From contig JAYWIR010000002.1 of NCBI GenBank assembly GCA_036172245.1, positions 3,596,001 through 3,660,000 of the forward strand: a stretch of 64,000 bases of DNA. The letters run 5' to 3'. The stretch's first letter is position 1. Each line of letters opens with the position of its first letter. Shown here piece after piece: positions 24,801-38,357 of this stretch. The DNA is from Raillietiella orientalis (taxonomy: Eukaryota). The position numbers and the translations under genes were made by a program. The notes under the pieces were generated by a model. The model saw only the letters and a program-made list of their open reading frames with translations, had not been told where the DNA came from and did not search any database.

Positions 24801-27656
24801 CCCCCCTCCTCCCCCTCCCCCCCTCCCTGCGCGGGAGAAAAGGAGCGCCACCTGCGCGTCGCCCTGCCCCCGCGGGAGGGCAGCGGACCGACCCTCGAGG
24901 AGGGGGGGGTCATCAGCCGGACGCCGCCTCTTACACCCCGAGGCGCCCACCCTACCCATGGGAGGTCCAAGTTGACGCCTAGGAGAAAGAAGGGACGGTT
25001 CGCCCAGGAAGGGGGGACAGGGGCGCTCCGGATCGCCCCTTCCTCCAGCCGAGGTCCCTCTCTACTCCTCCCTCTCCGCTCCTGCCGTCGGCTTGATGAA
25101 TGGGAAGGACGGGCTGCGCGCCGGGACCGTCGCGTAGCTCGGGGGCGGAGGTCAGCGGGAAAGGCCATGGGAAAGAGTGCCCCGTCGGGAGCGTGTGCGT
25201 GTGCGTGCGTGCATGCTGCGCGCGCGCGCGCACGAAAGCCCGTCCGGTCGCTCCCGGGAGCGGCGAACATGTGGCGTCCCTGACGCGCGCGGGGGCGCGG
25301 CAGGGGAACCGCCGCCGCCATCTGCGCCGCGGAGTCGCCGATCTGCGACGGGACGAGCGCGTCGGGCGCGGAGCCGGGAAGAGGCGCCGCGCGCTTCCCT
25401 GCCTCTCCCGCGGGGAACGCCGTCCGGGGGGGGGGACATCCTCCGTTTTGGCACGCCAGCCGCCCGGGAGGTATCCACGAGGGGTGAGGGTGGAGACTCC
25501 AGGAACCACCTCCGGGAGAGGGCCGATTCGCCCCCGAGCGGCGCTGTCCGCGGTGGAGGAACGCGGGAGTCCCCCCTCCCCCTCCCGCTGAGCTTCCGAT
25601 GAGGTGCGCGCGCGCGCGCACCAAGTTCCCTGCTTGCTACGTGCATGCGCGTGGGGGGGGGAAGGGGAAGGAGTCACGTCTTCGCGTCATCCGGCGCCGC
25701 CTCACCGCGTCCTGTGCCGCGCGACCTCGGAAAAAGGGGACCGCGTCCGCAGTGCGAGCCGGAAACCGAAGGAACGAAGGGGATCGGCTCCCGCCTCACC
25801 CTCAGCACTCCCCCTCCTCCTGTAGTCGCCCTCTCATCACCCCCGAGGAGCGCGCGGCTCCATGGCGGCCCTCCTGACAAGGAGTGAGGGAGGCGGAGCC
25901 TGTGGGAAGCGAACGTGGACGGCGCGAAAGTTCTCACTTCCAGGGACTGCGGGGCGAGTGGCCCCGCGCCACCCTGGGTCTCACCCCGGCAAGATCGCGT
26001 GCTGCGTGCGTCCCTACTGCCAACGTGGTGCGCGAGCGGAGATGATTGTGGTGGAAGGGGGATGGGGATGAAATGGAACGGGCGCTCCCTGCGGCTGCCG
26101 GTCCGCCGCGGAAGCGCGTGAGTATCTGGGCGGGGAAGTCCCCCTCCCGCCTCTGCCTCCCTCCCCCTCCTCCCCGGTCGCGGGGCTGCGGAGATGTCGC
26201 AGGTCGGTGAACGCGGCAGCGGCGGGAGGGCGTGGCAGGTCACCAGGGGGTGGGAACAGCTTGGGAGAAATGGGCGCGAGGTTCACGCGGCGGGAACGGA
26301 AGTTGGCTTCCCCCGGGTCGCGCGACAGGCAGCGCCCGAGTCCCCGCGAGTTCATCCTGCAGGATTGACGACTACGGCGGGAGGGACGTCAAAAACTGGC
26401 GCCGTCATCGTCGCCGCGTTCCTCCCTCCCACTTTTCCTCTTTTCTGTTTTTCTTTCCTTGCCTTCTCTCCTCCTTGTGTGTGCGTGTGCGCGCGTTTTC
26501 CTCCGAATAGCAAGGCACGTGAAGGAAACAGGGGTTGGTGGGGGGGAGAGGAGCAGGAAAGTGGGAAACTTGCAGCGACGGCGGCAGCCTCGTCTTTTCG
26601 CCGCCTCCACCGGCCACACGAGGCACATCGTAACGTCCAAAGGGCAGGCCCACTGCAGACTGCAGGGGAGGGTCCCGTGGTCTTGCGTGGTCCGAATTTT
26701 TTGGCCACGGCGTCCGATTTTCAGACACTCCGCGCGTCATTTCGAGATTCGAAAGGCAATGGCGCGGGCCGCGGATGATGCGAAGGCAACCACCGCTCGA
26801 TTGTTGGGGTTGACGCGAGCGTTTCTACGGCAACAGCGGGCGTTTGCAAGAGGCCGGATGACCTTTAACACCGAACCTGTTAACGGGAATGATAAAGTGA
26901 GCTTAAGGGAGAATTAGAACGTCGCTTGTAAGCACTGGAGTCAAGATACGCTGCGTGTCTTCCCCCCCCCCCCCTCCCCCCAGATCGTTACTGTGGTTTC
27001 CATACGCCCCCGTGAAGGAGCACAGCATGGCTGGAACGGCTTCTCCGGGGAAGCGTCCAGGCGCGTGGTGTCCAAAGTGTCAACAGTGTCGCAGAATGTT
27101 TTTCCGGAACAACCTATGTTTACGTTCCCCGGAATTACGTGTGTATTGAAAAGTGGCTTCCCAAAGAGGAGGGAGGCAAAAGGAGTTTTCTTTAATCGCG
27201 CGAAGATTTCGACGTGCTTCACGGATTTTTGCTCTCTCGTAAAAGATACACGTAGGTAAACAATGAAAATTAAACCATGGTAGTCGTCTGTTTTCCTTAA
27301 ACAACAATAAACAGCCTCATAGTGAGGCCATCTCGGGAAAGCGCTCCCATAAATCTTCCGGGAATCGAATTAATTCCGTGCCATTTACTCGTGAATCGCG
27401 GAAGAAGCGTTCGCGTATTGACTAACCAAGGCAAGCGTGCTCGGGGATCCTCCGGAGTCGTCCTGCTCTCCAGACGAACATCGGGAGATTCCCTTCCCAG
27501 TAGTTGTCATGTGAACGCACTTTCCTTTTGCGTCTTGGCTGCCGCCGTCCCCGGTCTGCACAAACTGGGAGTCTCAGCTTTCTTCGTTCAGAACGATTTC
27601 ATTGCGTATTCGGTTCTCCGTTTTTGTTTTTCTTCCTTCCTCTCCTTTTGGGTTTC

Positions 27657-27658
<2 letters not shown>

Positions 27659-27716
<58 letters not shown>
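27659..27716. repeat. Perfect (TG)n microsatellite, about 29 units, in intron 1
   Basis: Directly visible. Confidence 0.95.
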
Positions 27717-27725
<9 letters not shown>

Positions 27726-29004
27726 TTTTTTCCAGTGTAAAATTAAAAGGAAAAAAAACAGCTTGCTAGCTTCGTCACCTAGGAGACCGCGAACGCCGGG
27801 AAAGGCTGCCTGCTACGACACATCAGAGTGCAGCGCAAATGATTCATCAGGGTGCTCCGCGTGGAACTTGGCAGCCATTTCCTCCTCCTTTTCTCGCGAC
27901 TCCCAGCAAGCCTATTTTTTTTTTTTTCTTCTTCTTTCAAGGAAGCGTTTTCTTTCTCTTCCCCCTATCCCTCTCCCTTCCTCCGTTTCCCCCACGATTC
28001 CGAAGATGAATCTTTCCCCCGCGTTTTTCCTCGACCCAAAGAGCATCGAGAGTTTCCTTGGATACTCCTCTCGTGTTCTGATTGGACGCTCGCGATTCTA
28101 GTCTCGCCAGCAGCATCCCGCAGTATCACTCGGGTTTTGTTCCTTTGGAGGTTTTGTCCGTTCACGCGTTCCCGAGCAGCCGCTATCCGCTGGCGGGTCC
28201 AGCAGGCTCATCTTGCAGGCGCAACGACGGCGGGACATGTAGGACTCGCGCCTCCCCTTCACTTTTCCTTTGTGGTTTTCCTTTCTTTCTCCTCCTCCTC
28301 TTTTCCTGCATTTTCCACCTTTCCGAAAGTGCGAGGAGCATTTTCTTTCTGTCTTTTCTCCCACTTTCTTCCGTCGGGAAGGTGCGGGGCATGCAAACAG
28401 CCCCACTCGTGTCATTCTGACCACCTCGGGCTCCTAACGAAGCTTCTCTTTGCTTTCCCGAGAGCGGAGAGAGTTCCTGTTTTTCTTTCCCCTCCGTTCT
28501 CATCTTCCCTCGGTTCTAGCCGGGACCTTGCAGCCCGGGTCCCCTCGGTCCGTTTTCCGTGTTCCAAAGAAGAGCATCAAGCGCGCGCTCTCGAGTTGGT
28601 AACAGCGTCTCCTTAGCCTCCGCTGATCATCCTGGCGTCCAGAGATCTCTCCTCGAGCAAGAAACCAAACGGGGGAGAGACTCTATCCTGAGTTTCTCGT
28701 TCGCGGAACCAGGAAACGGAGAAAGACCGCTGCGTTCCTACGGGAGCGTCAGCATCCTGCCATTCAGACAGTCCTTTCCGTGCTCGCACCGCGGGGACGC
28801 ACCCTTCAGGAATGACTCCCCTCAAGAAACCCTTCAGAGGGAGCAAAGAGTTTTGCCTGCTTCCTTCTCTGCTGCTCCTTCATCTTAAAGATTCTTGCTC
28901 TGGCTCCACCCCCGTTTTTCTCTCTCGCTTCCCCTCCCTCCCTTTCTCGTTCCTTCCTCTTTTTATACGACTGCCACATTATTTTTGTTTTGTTTCTTTT
29001 CCAG

Positions 29005-29346
29005 ACGAGCAGAACGAGTGCCCCACCTCTGACCTGCTCGTTTGCGGACGATGCCAGAAGGAGTATCTCTTGTCGAAGATCGTGAGTTTCATCCACCACA
29101 AGAACTTGTGCAGGGACGGTGGGGGCAACCATACGAGGAGCCCCGGAAGCGACTCTGACAGCGATAGGTGCGACCGGATGTCTCCCTCCGGGGATCTCGA
29201 AACCGGCTCGGAGGTTGCCGTCCACCTGTGCTCAGGGAGCGCGGAAACAGGGAGGACCGCCTCCCGTTCCCCTGGCAACGCCGACACAGGCGACAGGGAC
29301 AAGTCATCTGACCCGGCAAGCAGGAACCCCAGAGGAGGCCGCTGCG
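29005..29346 (+). CDS. BCL11A: BCL11-like gene (paralog A), coding exon 2: CCHC zinc finger (ZF0) plus low-complexity linker
   Basis: Strong acceptor tttttgttttgtttcttttccag|AC. It encodes DEQNECPTSDLLVCGRCQKEYLLSKIVSFIHHKNLC, matching the BCL11 ZF0 pattern DLL.CG.C.....L..I..FI.HK...C. The donor is TGCG|gtaaga at 29347. Length is 342 nt, phase 1 to 1. The 3' boundary is less certain than the 5' one. Confidence 0.85.
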
Positions 29347-29749
29347 GTAAGAAACGTTCCCCTTCTTCCCCTTCGCCCTCGCGCGCAGCGGAGGATGACG
29401 TCAGGGAGCATGGAGTCGGAGTGGACTGGGGAAGGGAGGGGGGGGAGGGAGGAAGGAGACTCCGTACCCAAGCCTAAGATCCTCCCCCGCACGTCGATGC
29501 GCTCTCGCGAAGGTGATCATCCAAGCTCGTGAGTCGAAGGCAACGCGCGCGGGGCGGACGGGCTTTGTCGTGGAGGCGGGAGTCCGGCAAGGGGCCTTTC
29601 CCTTTTCCCTCTTGTTCGCAGGTTCATCTGGGACTCTTTCCAATTAGCAGGGGAGACCAATTCTTTTCACGGTGGTCCCTTCGCAAGTGTCCTCCTCCTT
29701 CTTAGACCTATCACCGATCGTTCTCGGGTGACCTCCTCGACCACATCCG

Positions 29750-30400
29750 CCACTTTCTTTCCGGCAACCGGGAAGATCCTTCTGTAGAAGTTCTTCCGAG
29801 TCGCTCGTCTCGGGGATGGGTGGACTGTTCAGGCATCAGGGAGAGTCTTTTACCCTTTGAAAGCCAAGGTGAAAGGAGTGGGAGTGGCGTGGTTGCATAT
29901 GGTCCCTGCAGATAGAACGACATCCTCCAGCCTGAGGAGATCATAATGACCTGTCCTGAGGCACAACAGGGCTGCGTCTCTTCTATCTTCCCGGCGACTA
30001 CTCGGCACTGGGGTGTCCCCCCCCCCACCTCTCTCTCCACCATTCACTTCCCTTCTCACGAGACCTTCCGACGGGGCTTCGGCGATCTTCCGACCAACCC
30101 ATGGGCTCTTCCCCTCTCTCCAGCTTATCCTCCCCTGTGAAGCAGATTCTCCCTACCTCTCAAAGTCCAGCCTCCAGCCACTGTATTCGTCTGGGAAGCT
30201 TCTTGCGTTACCTTATTCTCCGGATGAGGTCTAGAAAGAGGACCAGTGATCGGACTGAGCATCCCGAAGGGAAAGAGTAGGTTCAGGAGGAGGTTGAGTT
30301 TGCATCCCGTCGCTCCTCAGGGAGACTAAGGCACTTGCTGGCCCGACCTGCCTCTCTCCTGGCGACGTAGGTTTTTCTTGTACGCGGCGTCTTCTGCTGC
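29750..30400 (-). mobile_element. Decayed I-group-like LINE ORF2 3' fragment in intron 2
   Basis: Minus-strand 'SSRREDRRDAALLCLRTGHYDLL' (~30000-29935) resembles the RR....L.RLRTGH motif that precedes the C-terminal zinc knuckle. The upstream 'REAGRASK' (~30350) weakly resembles the RNase H E.AD..AK motif. Confidence 0.35.
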
Positions 30401-33400
30401 GTTTCTGGAGGCCGGCTGGTTCCCGGAGAAAAGCGTAAGGAAACTGAGAACGCGCTGCTCCTACGGGCAGCGGGACCCAAAGGGTTCCGTCCTTCCTGCA
30501 GGTGCCTTCCCTCGGGTGCCCGTGTCTTGGGCAGGTCGCGACACGGCTCAGGGATCCGCTTTCTCCAGATGCGGATCCCAGTCAGAAAGAAAAGCTTTCG
30601 GCCTCGCACGCACGGGCTGGGGCTGGTCCGGGCATGTCCCGCAGCTTGGGAAGAGAGGGCACTGGCAAGTGGCGGTGGCGAGCCACCATGCAGAGGCGAG
30701 ACGGGGAGACGTCGAGCAGTCTCTTCGGGGAGCGTGCATGCAACCGAAACGGCTCCCTCTCTCGGGCAGTTTTCACCGATGCCTCAGTGGCTTCCGTGGA
30801 GCGAATCTGGAGAGGGGAAGGACAACCTGAGGGCATGCAGGGGGGGAAGGAAATAGGGTCTTCTCAGAGGGAGGGAGGAGAGGAGGAGAGAGAAGGAACC
30901 TGGTGGAGCCTCTGAAGGTTCCATCCTTTTCCCTGGCGTCCCAGGGGCGCATGCGGATGACAGAAGAGGTGGTGCGCGCGCCAAAAAGCTCACGAGCCGA
31001 GCACCCCCACTAGCGAAACCTTAAGAGAATAAGAGGATGACGACCCGCGGAAGAGGAGGGACCGAGGAAACGAGCGGTCCGGGGCTCTTTCTCCTATCCC
31101 TCGGAGAAAGGCTGCTGACCGCTGTGGCTCCGCCTGACCTCCGGAGGTTGCCGCAACGGCGTCGGGGAGGGGGGGAGGGTGGTGGTGCTCGCGTTTCCGC
31201 CATCGCGTTCGACTCGTCTCGAGAGCCAGGCGCTCCACCCAGTGCTGTCGTTTTTTATCCTTCCGCACTGAACAGGCAAAGGCCTCCAAAGACGAAGAAG
31301 GAAAGGCGCGTTTCTGCGGAAGCTGCGCCGGCAACAGGTGTGTCCGCTCTTCGCAGCCCCGCGTTTTGTTTTGTTTTTTCCCCTCCCCCCCCTGGCAGCC
31401 CTCTCTTCAGCCAGAACACGGAAACCGGGCTGCCGGCGCTGGAACGCGAGGAACCGACTTCCGCTTCCTGGGTCTAGGGAGCGCGTGCAGCAGCAACACG
31501 CGACCATCCGAATGCACAGGAAGAGCTGCAGATGACGAAGGGCGTCCGTCGTTGAGCGCGCTATTCTGCAGCGAGCGTGAAAAAATCTGACAGGACCGGA
31601 TTGGCCGGGTCTTCTCCTTTTTCTTTTTTTTCCCTCCTCCTCCTCCTCCTCCCTTCCTTGGAGTGCTTTTTTTCTGCGGGAGCTCTGGAAGGGAGCCAAA
31701 CCCGCGTCACCGTTGATTTGTTCACGGAGCGCCGCCGCCACCGCGCAGAGCGGGTTGTCGTCATTCACGGCTTGCTGGTTCCCGCGGCAGGGAGAGGCGG
31801 CGACGCTCCCGAAGGCGGCGCCGGCGTCGGGAAAAGGCGCGCGAGCGCTTCGGGATGCGGAACCGGGATAGGCGGTTCCGCTCTCCCCCCTTCCCCCCCC
31901 CCCGGTTTTCCGCGCCCTCGTGCGAGCTATCGGTCCCCACCGCTTGGAGCAGCAGCACCAGCAACGGCGGCGGCGGCGATGGGATTCGTCTGGAGGCAGC
32001 CGCGTAGGCGTCTCGCCCTTGTGAAAGGGAGGAGGCGCCGCATCCCCGAGTGGTAGTCGCTCCCGCCGCCGCCCGCACTTGCCTCCCCGGGGAAACACGT
32101 GCATGCGTTGCAGAAGAATCGCTGCGAAGGCTCCTTCTCGCGCGTTCCGCTTCCTTCCCCCCCTCTTCCCCCCCCCCCCTTCCTTCCTCGCGAGCCGAGC
32201 CGGGGGAATGCAGAACGACGACGACGAGCGCGCACGCCCCCTTCGCTCTGCGCCGCAGTGGCTCGGAGCGCGTCCTCTGCAGCCGCATAAGGGCAAACGC
32301 GGCGGCATGCGGTTGGGCCCGGTTGCAACCATCGCTGCTGCCGTCGCCGCCGCTGCCCATGAGTACGCGCGCCCCCATCGGGAAAAGCGCCGGGAGCGGA
32401 ACCTGCCGCAGGCAGAAGACGCTCCTGCTTCCCGGTGACGAACGCATCCCGAAGCGCGGAAGAGACTCTCGGGAAACGGCTCGCCTGCTGGGCGCGGAGG
32501 CAGAAACGGAGAGCCGGGAGGGACGGAGGAGGGGGGGGGGGGAGGAGCTCCAAGGAGGGAGCGAGCCTTGCGGAGGAAGAGGGAAAAGAAAAATGGGCGC
32601 CCGGCAAGGTGCGAGGAGGGAGCGCGGGGAGCGATAAATTCCGAGGCCTCAGGGCGCCGCCAGGGACGAGCCGCTCCCGAGATACGAACGACGGGAGGCT
32701 CACTTCAGGAAGCCGGTTCCTATCGAAGGGTGGTCCTGCGGGGTGAGGATGGGGGCGGGGAGGGGGAGGGGAAAGGTGTGTGACTCGGATGACTCGAAAC
32801 CCTGGTTTCTGCGCCACTGCCGCCACGAGGCGCAAATACAGGCGGAGGAGGGCAAGAGGAAGAGGATTTCCTTCCTGCCGATCTCTTCTCTTCCTCCGGC
32901 TGGGCTGGATGGGGATGCGCGTTCGGTCCTGTCTGCATTCCCAGCTGCCGCTTTGGAGCGGGAGAAAGGAAGGAAGGAAGGGGATGGAAGAGGGGGGAGG
33001 AGGATTCGCAGCGCCTCCCCGGAGTGCCCTCCTTGGCCAAGCAGAGCCGGAGAGAGGGACGCCACAGGAACCGCTCGCGCCTGTCCTCGCGCGCGTGGGG
33101 CCGCCGAAAGTTCCCTCCCCATCCACGGACGAACCCGGGACGAGACCGAGAAAATTTTCGATAGGAGGAGGGCGTCTTCGGGTAAGTGCAATTAAGGAGA
33201 TCCGGCCGCATGTGCGACCCACATGCGCGCTGGAGCTCTCCGTGGGACAGGAGTCTCCGGGATGTATGTCGGAAAGCGGACGGAGAGGGAGGGGGGCGTT
33301 TGTCCCGGGGGGAGAGGATGAGATCGAGGTGGGGTGCTGCGTTCTCCGAAATTTTCGTAGCGGCGGGAAACGCTGCGCTCCGGGATGCCGGGCCTTCCTC

Positions 33401-35588
33401 CCCGGGCGAGATCGGCCGGAGCAGGGCCGGTTCCCCCGCAGCTCGGAAACGATCCCGAACTCCCGAGTTCGCTCGCGGGTGGTCAGGAGGGGAGCGTCGA
33501 GGAAAAGCAAGAAAAACGTCGAACTTTCCCCTCGCGTTTTCTCCGCTCCTCGCCCCAGCACGGGCACCGTCGGTCGCACGGGAACGCTGGGAAAGCTCCG
33601 GAGAACAGCTGGAGGACCGAAACAGGAAGCTGGGGGGGAAGAGGGGAGGGGGGAGGTAGGAGGAAAGAAAAACTCCCCGAACTCAGCAAACGCGGAGGAG
33701 GGGAAGGAGGACCTTCGTAAGAAGACGCTCTCGGTGTTGTGCAAGGTGCGAGCCTGGGAGAGGGGACCACGCAACCGGGGGAGGGGATGGGGCTTTCGTG
33801 ACCGGTGATCGTACGCCGCGACGTCAGCACGTCATTTGTGCGAAGGAGAGGAGCGCAGCAGCTTTCGAGAAAACAAACCAATCCTTCAGACGGTCGCCTC
33901 CCGTTTTAACCTGACCTGTCGTCCTTCTGCCGCTCGCACTTGGGTGCGCTCGCATAAATCAGACGAGCGGAGCCGTGAGGGAGCGCTCGCGCTGCCATCT
34001 CGGGGCGGAGGGCGACGCTTCCTCGTCTCGAGGATGTTCGTCTTGTGTGCACCGACTCAGCTGCACTGCCGGGAGGAAATTGCGAGGCTCCTGCCGGAGC
34101 GTTGGCATCCCTCAACTTGAGCCTCCGATGCGGCAGCAGAGGCAGCAGCAGCAACAGCAGGTGCTCACCCGAAGGTGCGTGTGTGCTGAAGTCGTGCTTC
34201 GTCTCCGCGCGCGCGTGAACGAAAAAGGAAAGAAAAAACAAACAACGGAATCATCTACCAGTTCCTGGAAACAGATGCGTCCACGGAAGCTGGATGGAAA
34301 GGAGAGAGAGAGAGAGAAGGGGAAGGGGGAGAGAGAGGACTGCAACCACCGAATGGAAGAGGGATGCGGAGAAGATCTTTGCAGACCTCCTGGATGGGCA
34401 GAGGACGGACCCGAGGCGACTCTGGAGCGTGGACGGCAGGCGCTGCCCCGGACCCGGTGACCCCGTTCCTGCGTGGGCCGTGCCTCCGCCGCGTTCCCTT
34501 GTCTCGGTCCCGTCTGCTCGGGGACTCAGAAAGGGGGGAATAGAACAAAGGAAGGAGCAAAGGAAGGGGGGGTCTCCCCGTGCCGGCGAGGCGACGAGGC
34601 TCTCCGAGCTCTCGGAGGAGGTCGCGGGCGCGCACGGGTCAGCGCGCGCGTTCACCGCGGGTGCGGACCCGCCGGAAGGGCTGGCGCGCACAACACAAAG
34701 CGGGCGACGGGGGCAGTGATGCGAGCGAAAGCGAAAGTGATCTACGTGGTGCAGCGCCCTCTCCCTGACCCGCGCTCTTCCCGTTAGTCCTCCGCTCTCC
34801 GGGAGATCCGATCTGCGAGCGCCTCCTCTGGGGTCTTCGAGAGCCCATCATCCCGCAACACCAGAGCAAAAAAGACGAAGAGAGAGGGGGGAGAGGGAAA
34901 AAAGGAGCTGTCGGAAGAAGAAAGAGTTGATCCCCGGTGCCGGCTCCGCTGGCTGGAAACTTGCTAATCCGAATTACGGGGGATGATGCTTAACAGAAGG
35001 CGTGCGCAGATAACGGACGCGTCTCTCCCGCGACGGCTGCTGCGTGCACCCCGGCTTTCAAATCAGTTTTTTTTTTTTTGGCTCTTTATCCCTGGACCCG
35101 TGCTGCTTTCGTTCCACGTTGATTAAGTGAGGAGCTTTGCGTTCATCCCGCGCGTTCATCACGAGGATGCGGGAGTTGCGCAAGGGTTCGGCACGCTTGT
35201 TTGGCGGGATGCGGCAAAGGAGGAACTCGGGGGACTGGAGAGCTCTCCCCGTGTGCTCTCCGATGACGTCAGCAAGAGCCGACGTTTTTATGCTCTCAAG
35301 ATGGCAACCGAAAGAATGGACCAACGAAAAACACGATCCCGGTGCGCGATTCTTCGATCTCGTATGTACATTAGGGAGGGAGGGAAGGGGGAGGAGGACG
35401 AGGAGGAGGATTTTTTCTTTTTCTTTTCTTTTTTTTTTTTTTTTAAAAAAAAAAAAGAAATACTCATCACGCCACGAAAGCAATCGGGAAAAAGTGGAGC
35501 ACTCTTCAAAAAGTGCTACCATTGTGACGTCACGCTTTCCGTCACACTTTCGACAAAGCCAGGGAATTCACGCATCTGCCCAAGAGGA

Positions 35589-35656
<68 letters not shown>

Positions 35657-35672
35657 TGTGTGTGTGGTGTGT
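35589..35672. repeat. Compound (TC)n(TG)n microsatellite in intron 2
   Basis: Directly visible. Confidence 0.95.
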
Positions 35673-36849
35673 GCGTGCGTTGTTTGTTTAATTCCAATAA
35701 ATGTCAGGTCCATTGCTTTACGCATCCATCTCGGAGAGGGGAAATTCGAGGCAGGAATTCTTCGTTCCTGGAGTAGGGAGGGTCGAGAAGTCTCGCAGGT
35801 GATTGCTGCAGTCCTCCTCCTCCTTGTTCCCTTCCCCCCCCCCCTCGCTCGGCATCTCATCGCTTTTTTGCCTCGCGGTTCGTCCGCTCGGGCCACCTTT
35901 GACCGACCGGAGCGCCGCCACAGCGCCTCTCCCTCGTTGCGAAAGCGCGCGCGTGTGGCGGCAGGCGGACACCCAGCGCGGGCTTCGAAAATGGCTGCCG
36001 CCCGCAAGCCCCAGGGTTTTTTTTTTCCCCTGGCTCCCCCACTCGTTGGCACGGTTGCTACTGCTCCCGTTTCGAGAGAGCCTCCTCCGCCCCTCCGTCT
36101 GTATTTCTTGCTCCTGGCTGTCGAGCGCGCCACGGCCGGGCGGATTCCTCCGCGCGGCCACTTCCCGGAGCTCTCCACCGTGTTCCCCGTCTGGTCTTCC
36201 TCATCCGGAAACGCTATGCGAACGGCAGGTCTCCCGGCCTGCTCTCCCGTCGGTTTCCCTTTTGGGTGGGTGAGCGGGGTGTTCGTGTTGCACTGGAATC
36301 CACGTGGCGCTTTCGGTTTCCAAGGATCCGGCGCGGGCGCGGCTAAGGAGGGACCCGCCTCCTTTCGGGAGGGGTCTCCCCCCTCCCTTGCAAGGAGGCG
36401 TTCCTAGCCGAGAAGCGCTTCCGTCCGCTTCCCGGAAAGTCTGCGTTCAGACTGTCCTCCACTGGCGTGCAGGGGAAGCTGGGGATTTCCCCGCTTCGCT
36501 CTCAGGGCCTTCGCGCTCCGGAGGGACATCCGTCAGCAGCGAGGTGCGCGCGTTTGCAAGCGACCTCTGACCCCTCTCGGGTCACGAAGCTCCCCCAGCT
36601 CGTCCAGCGTGCCACCGCTTCCTCTCCCTCCCGCCAACCTCAGGTCCCTTCCTATCCGGGCACTTTGCGATCCATGCGTGGTGGCCCTCGATTGAAACCC
36701 AGTTGCGCCGGGACGTTTATTCTTGCGAACAAACCTGTGTGTAACCTGTGACTGGACCAGCGGTCCAGTCACGCCCTAGATACTGGCAGCCTGCCGGGTC
36801 CCCGGTACGCAGACAGGTGCGGTCCACCTCGGCAGCAGAGGGGAGAGGG

Positions 36850-37490
36850 CACTAAACAAAAAAATAAACAAAACTGGGGAGGAAACGGAAAGGGATCACT
36901 GTCTGCTGGGAAGGTCCGTCATCTTCTGAAGGATGCCGGCAAGCTGTTGCTGAATGGTGGATACCAGATGGGGCCATCGTGTCGCCATCCTGAGGAAGCG
37001 GGCGGCGTATACGGTGGCATCCCTAACGCTGGTTCCTCCCGTCGCTTCGCTCCATGCAGCGACGATCCCGCGTAGGCAACACAGGGCTGCTAGAGAGGGC
37101 GCTGGTGACAGAGCGTCACTGACGAAGAGGGTCTCGGGTTGCCTCCGGGGATTCCCAGGGCCGCGGCAAAGCGTTCCCATAGGGTTCGGAGGGCCACACA
37201 ATCCACTAACAGGTGGGGTAAGTATTCCCTCTCCCCGCACCTGACACAATTGGGGTTGACGCTCCCCCGCGTCCAGTGGTGTCGGTGGGCGTTGTACGGG
37301 AGACCCCAATACAGAACCAGCAGTGCCAACTGCTACCACTTCATGGGGAGCGTGCGTAAGTCCATGAGCACCGAGGGCCACTTGAGATGTTTCTCCGGAA
37401 CATCCAGTAGCTTGCCCCAGCTCAAGTGTCCGTGTGGGGTGGTACTCGGGGTCGCCCTCGACTTGTTGGGGTCCGTTCACAGTCGCTCCG
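36850..37490 (-). mobile_element. 5'-truncated L1/Tx1-like LINE ORF2 C-terminal fragment (zf-RVT-like region), inactivated
   Basis: Minus strand reads 'LSWGKLLDVPEKHLKWPSVLMDLRTLPMKW*QLALLVLYWGLPYNAHRHHWTRGSVNPNCVRCGEREYLPHLLVDCVALRTLWERFAAALGIP'. This has the LP...C-x2-C...H-x4-C...W signature of the non-LTR ORF2 zinc-binding domain. There is one in-frame TAG and a probable downstream frameshift. Confidence 0.7.
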
Positions 37491-38292
37491 GGACGCTTCC
37501 CGCCCCTATCGGCGTCTCCCGAGGAGGGGCGCCGCCTCCCGTTGCACTCATCCGGCAGCTCCCCCGTGCGGGAACTTCGGCGGGGATTGCGCGCGCGTCC
37601 TCTCGGGGCGTCTCTCCCGCCGAACGGCCCGTCGGCGCTCCCACCATTCTTCTGGCTGCTCCTCACATGTCCTCCGCATGAAAGCTCCGGCGATCCTCCT
37701 CGCCTCTCGTTGCGCAGATGGCCGGCGGGCTTCCCAGGGAAGAGTGGAAGAGGGGGGGGGGGGAGAGGGAAGGTCCCTCGCGGGGCACCGACGAAGGCCC
37801 TCCTGCGCATGCGCGTGGACGCGAGGGCAGAATCCGTCAGGGTCTTCTCCGCGCACGCAGCAAGGAGCCGCATTGATCAACTGTCCCCTGTCCCCGTTCC
37901 TCGCGGATTGAAAATTCCAGGGAAGAAGGGAAGGGAGGGAGGTGTTTGAGGGGGGGAGGAGGGTGGGGGAGAGACAAGCAAACAGACAAACAGAACAAAA
38001 ACTGCCTACAACGGGTGTCAACCTTTTTTTTTTTTATCTGCCGTTCTCAGCACCGAATGATCCTCGGTGACAGATGCGACTGTATTTTTCCGAGTTGGCT
38101 TGGTATCCTCTTGCATCTGCTCTTCCACTCACCCCTTTTTAATTTAGATATGTTTGTTTAGAACTAAGGAAGGGAGAATTCATTTCGGCTGTCAGCATCA
38201 CGCGCGCGCTCAGAGGAATTTTCGTCCTGCGGATAACAGAGGGAGGGAGAGAGAGAGAGAGAGAGAAGAAGAAGAAGAAGAAAAAAATATAA

Positions 38293-38296
<4 letters not shown>

Positions 38297-38337
<41 letters not shown>

Positions 38338-38357
38338 GCACGCACGCACGCACGCAC
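38297..38357. repeat. (CA)n followed by (CACG)n microsatellite
   Basis: Directly visible. Confidence 0.95.

Noticed and set aside
31927-33774. 615-aa minus-strand ORF, and other long ORFs such as 16026-17435, 24416-25624, 35127-36407 and 31094-32332
   Set aside because: Low-complexity Arg/Pro/Gly/Ser translations that run through homopolymers and microsatellites. No recognisable domains; such ORFs are expected in GC-rich DNA.
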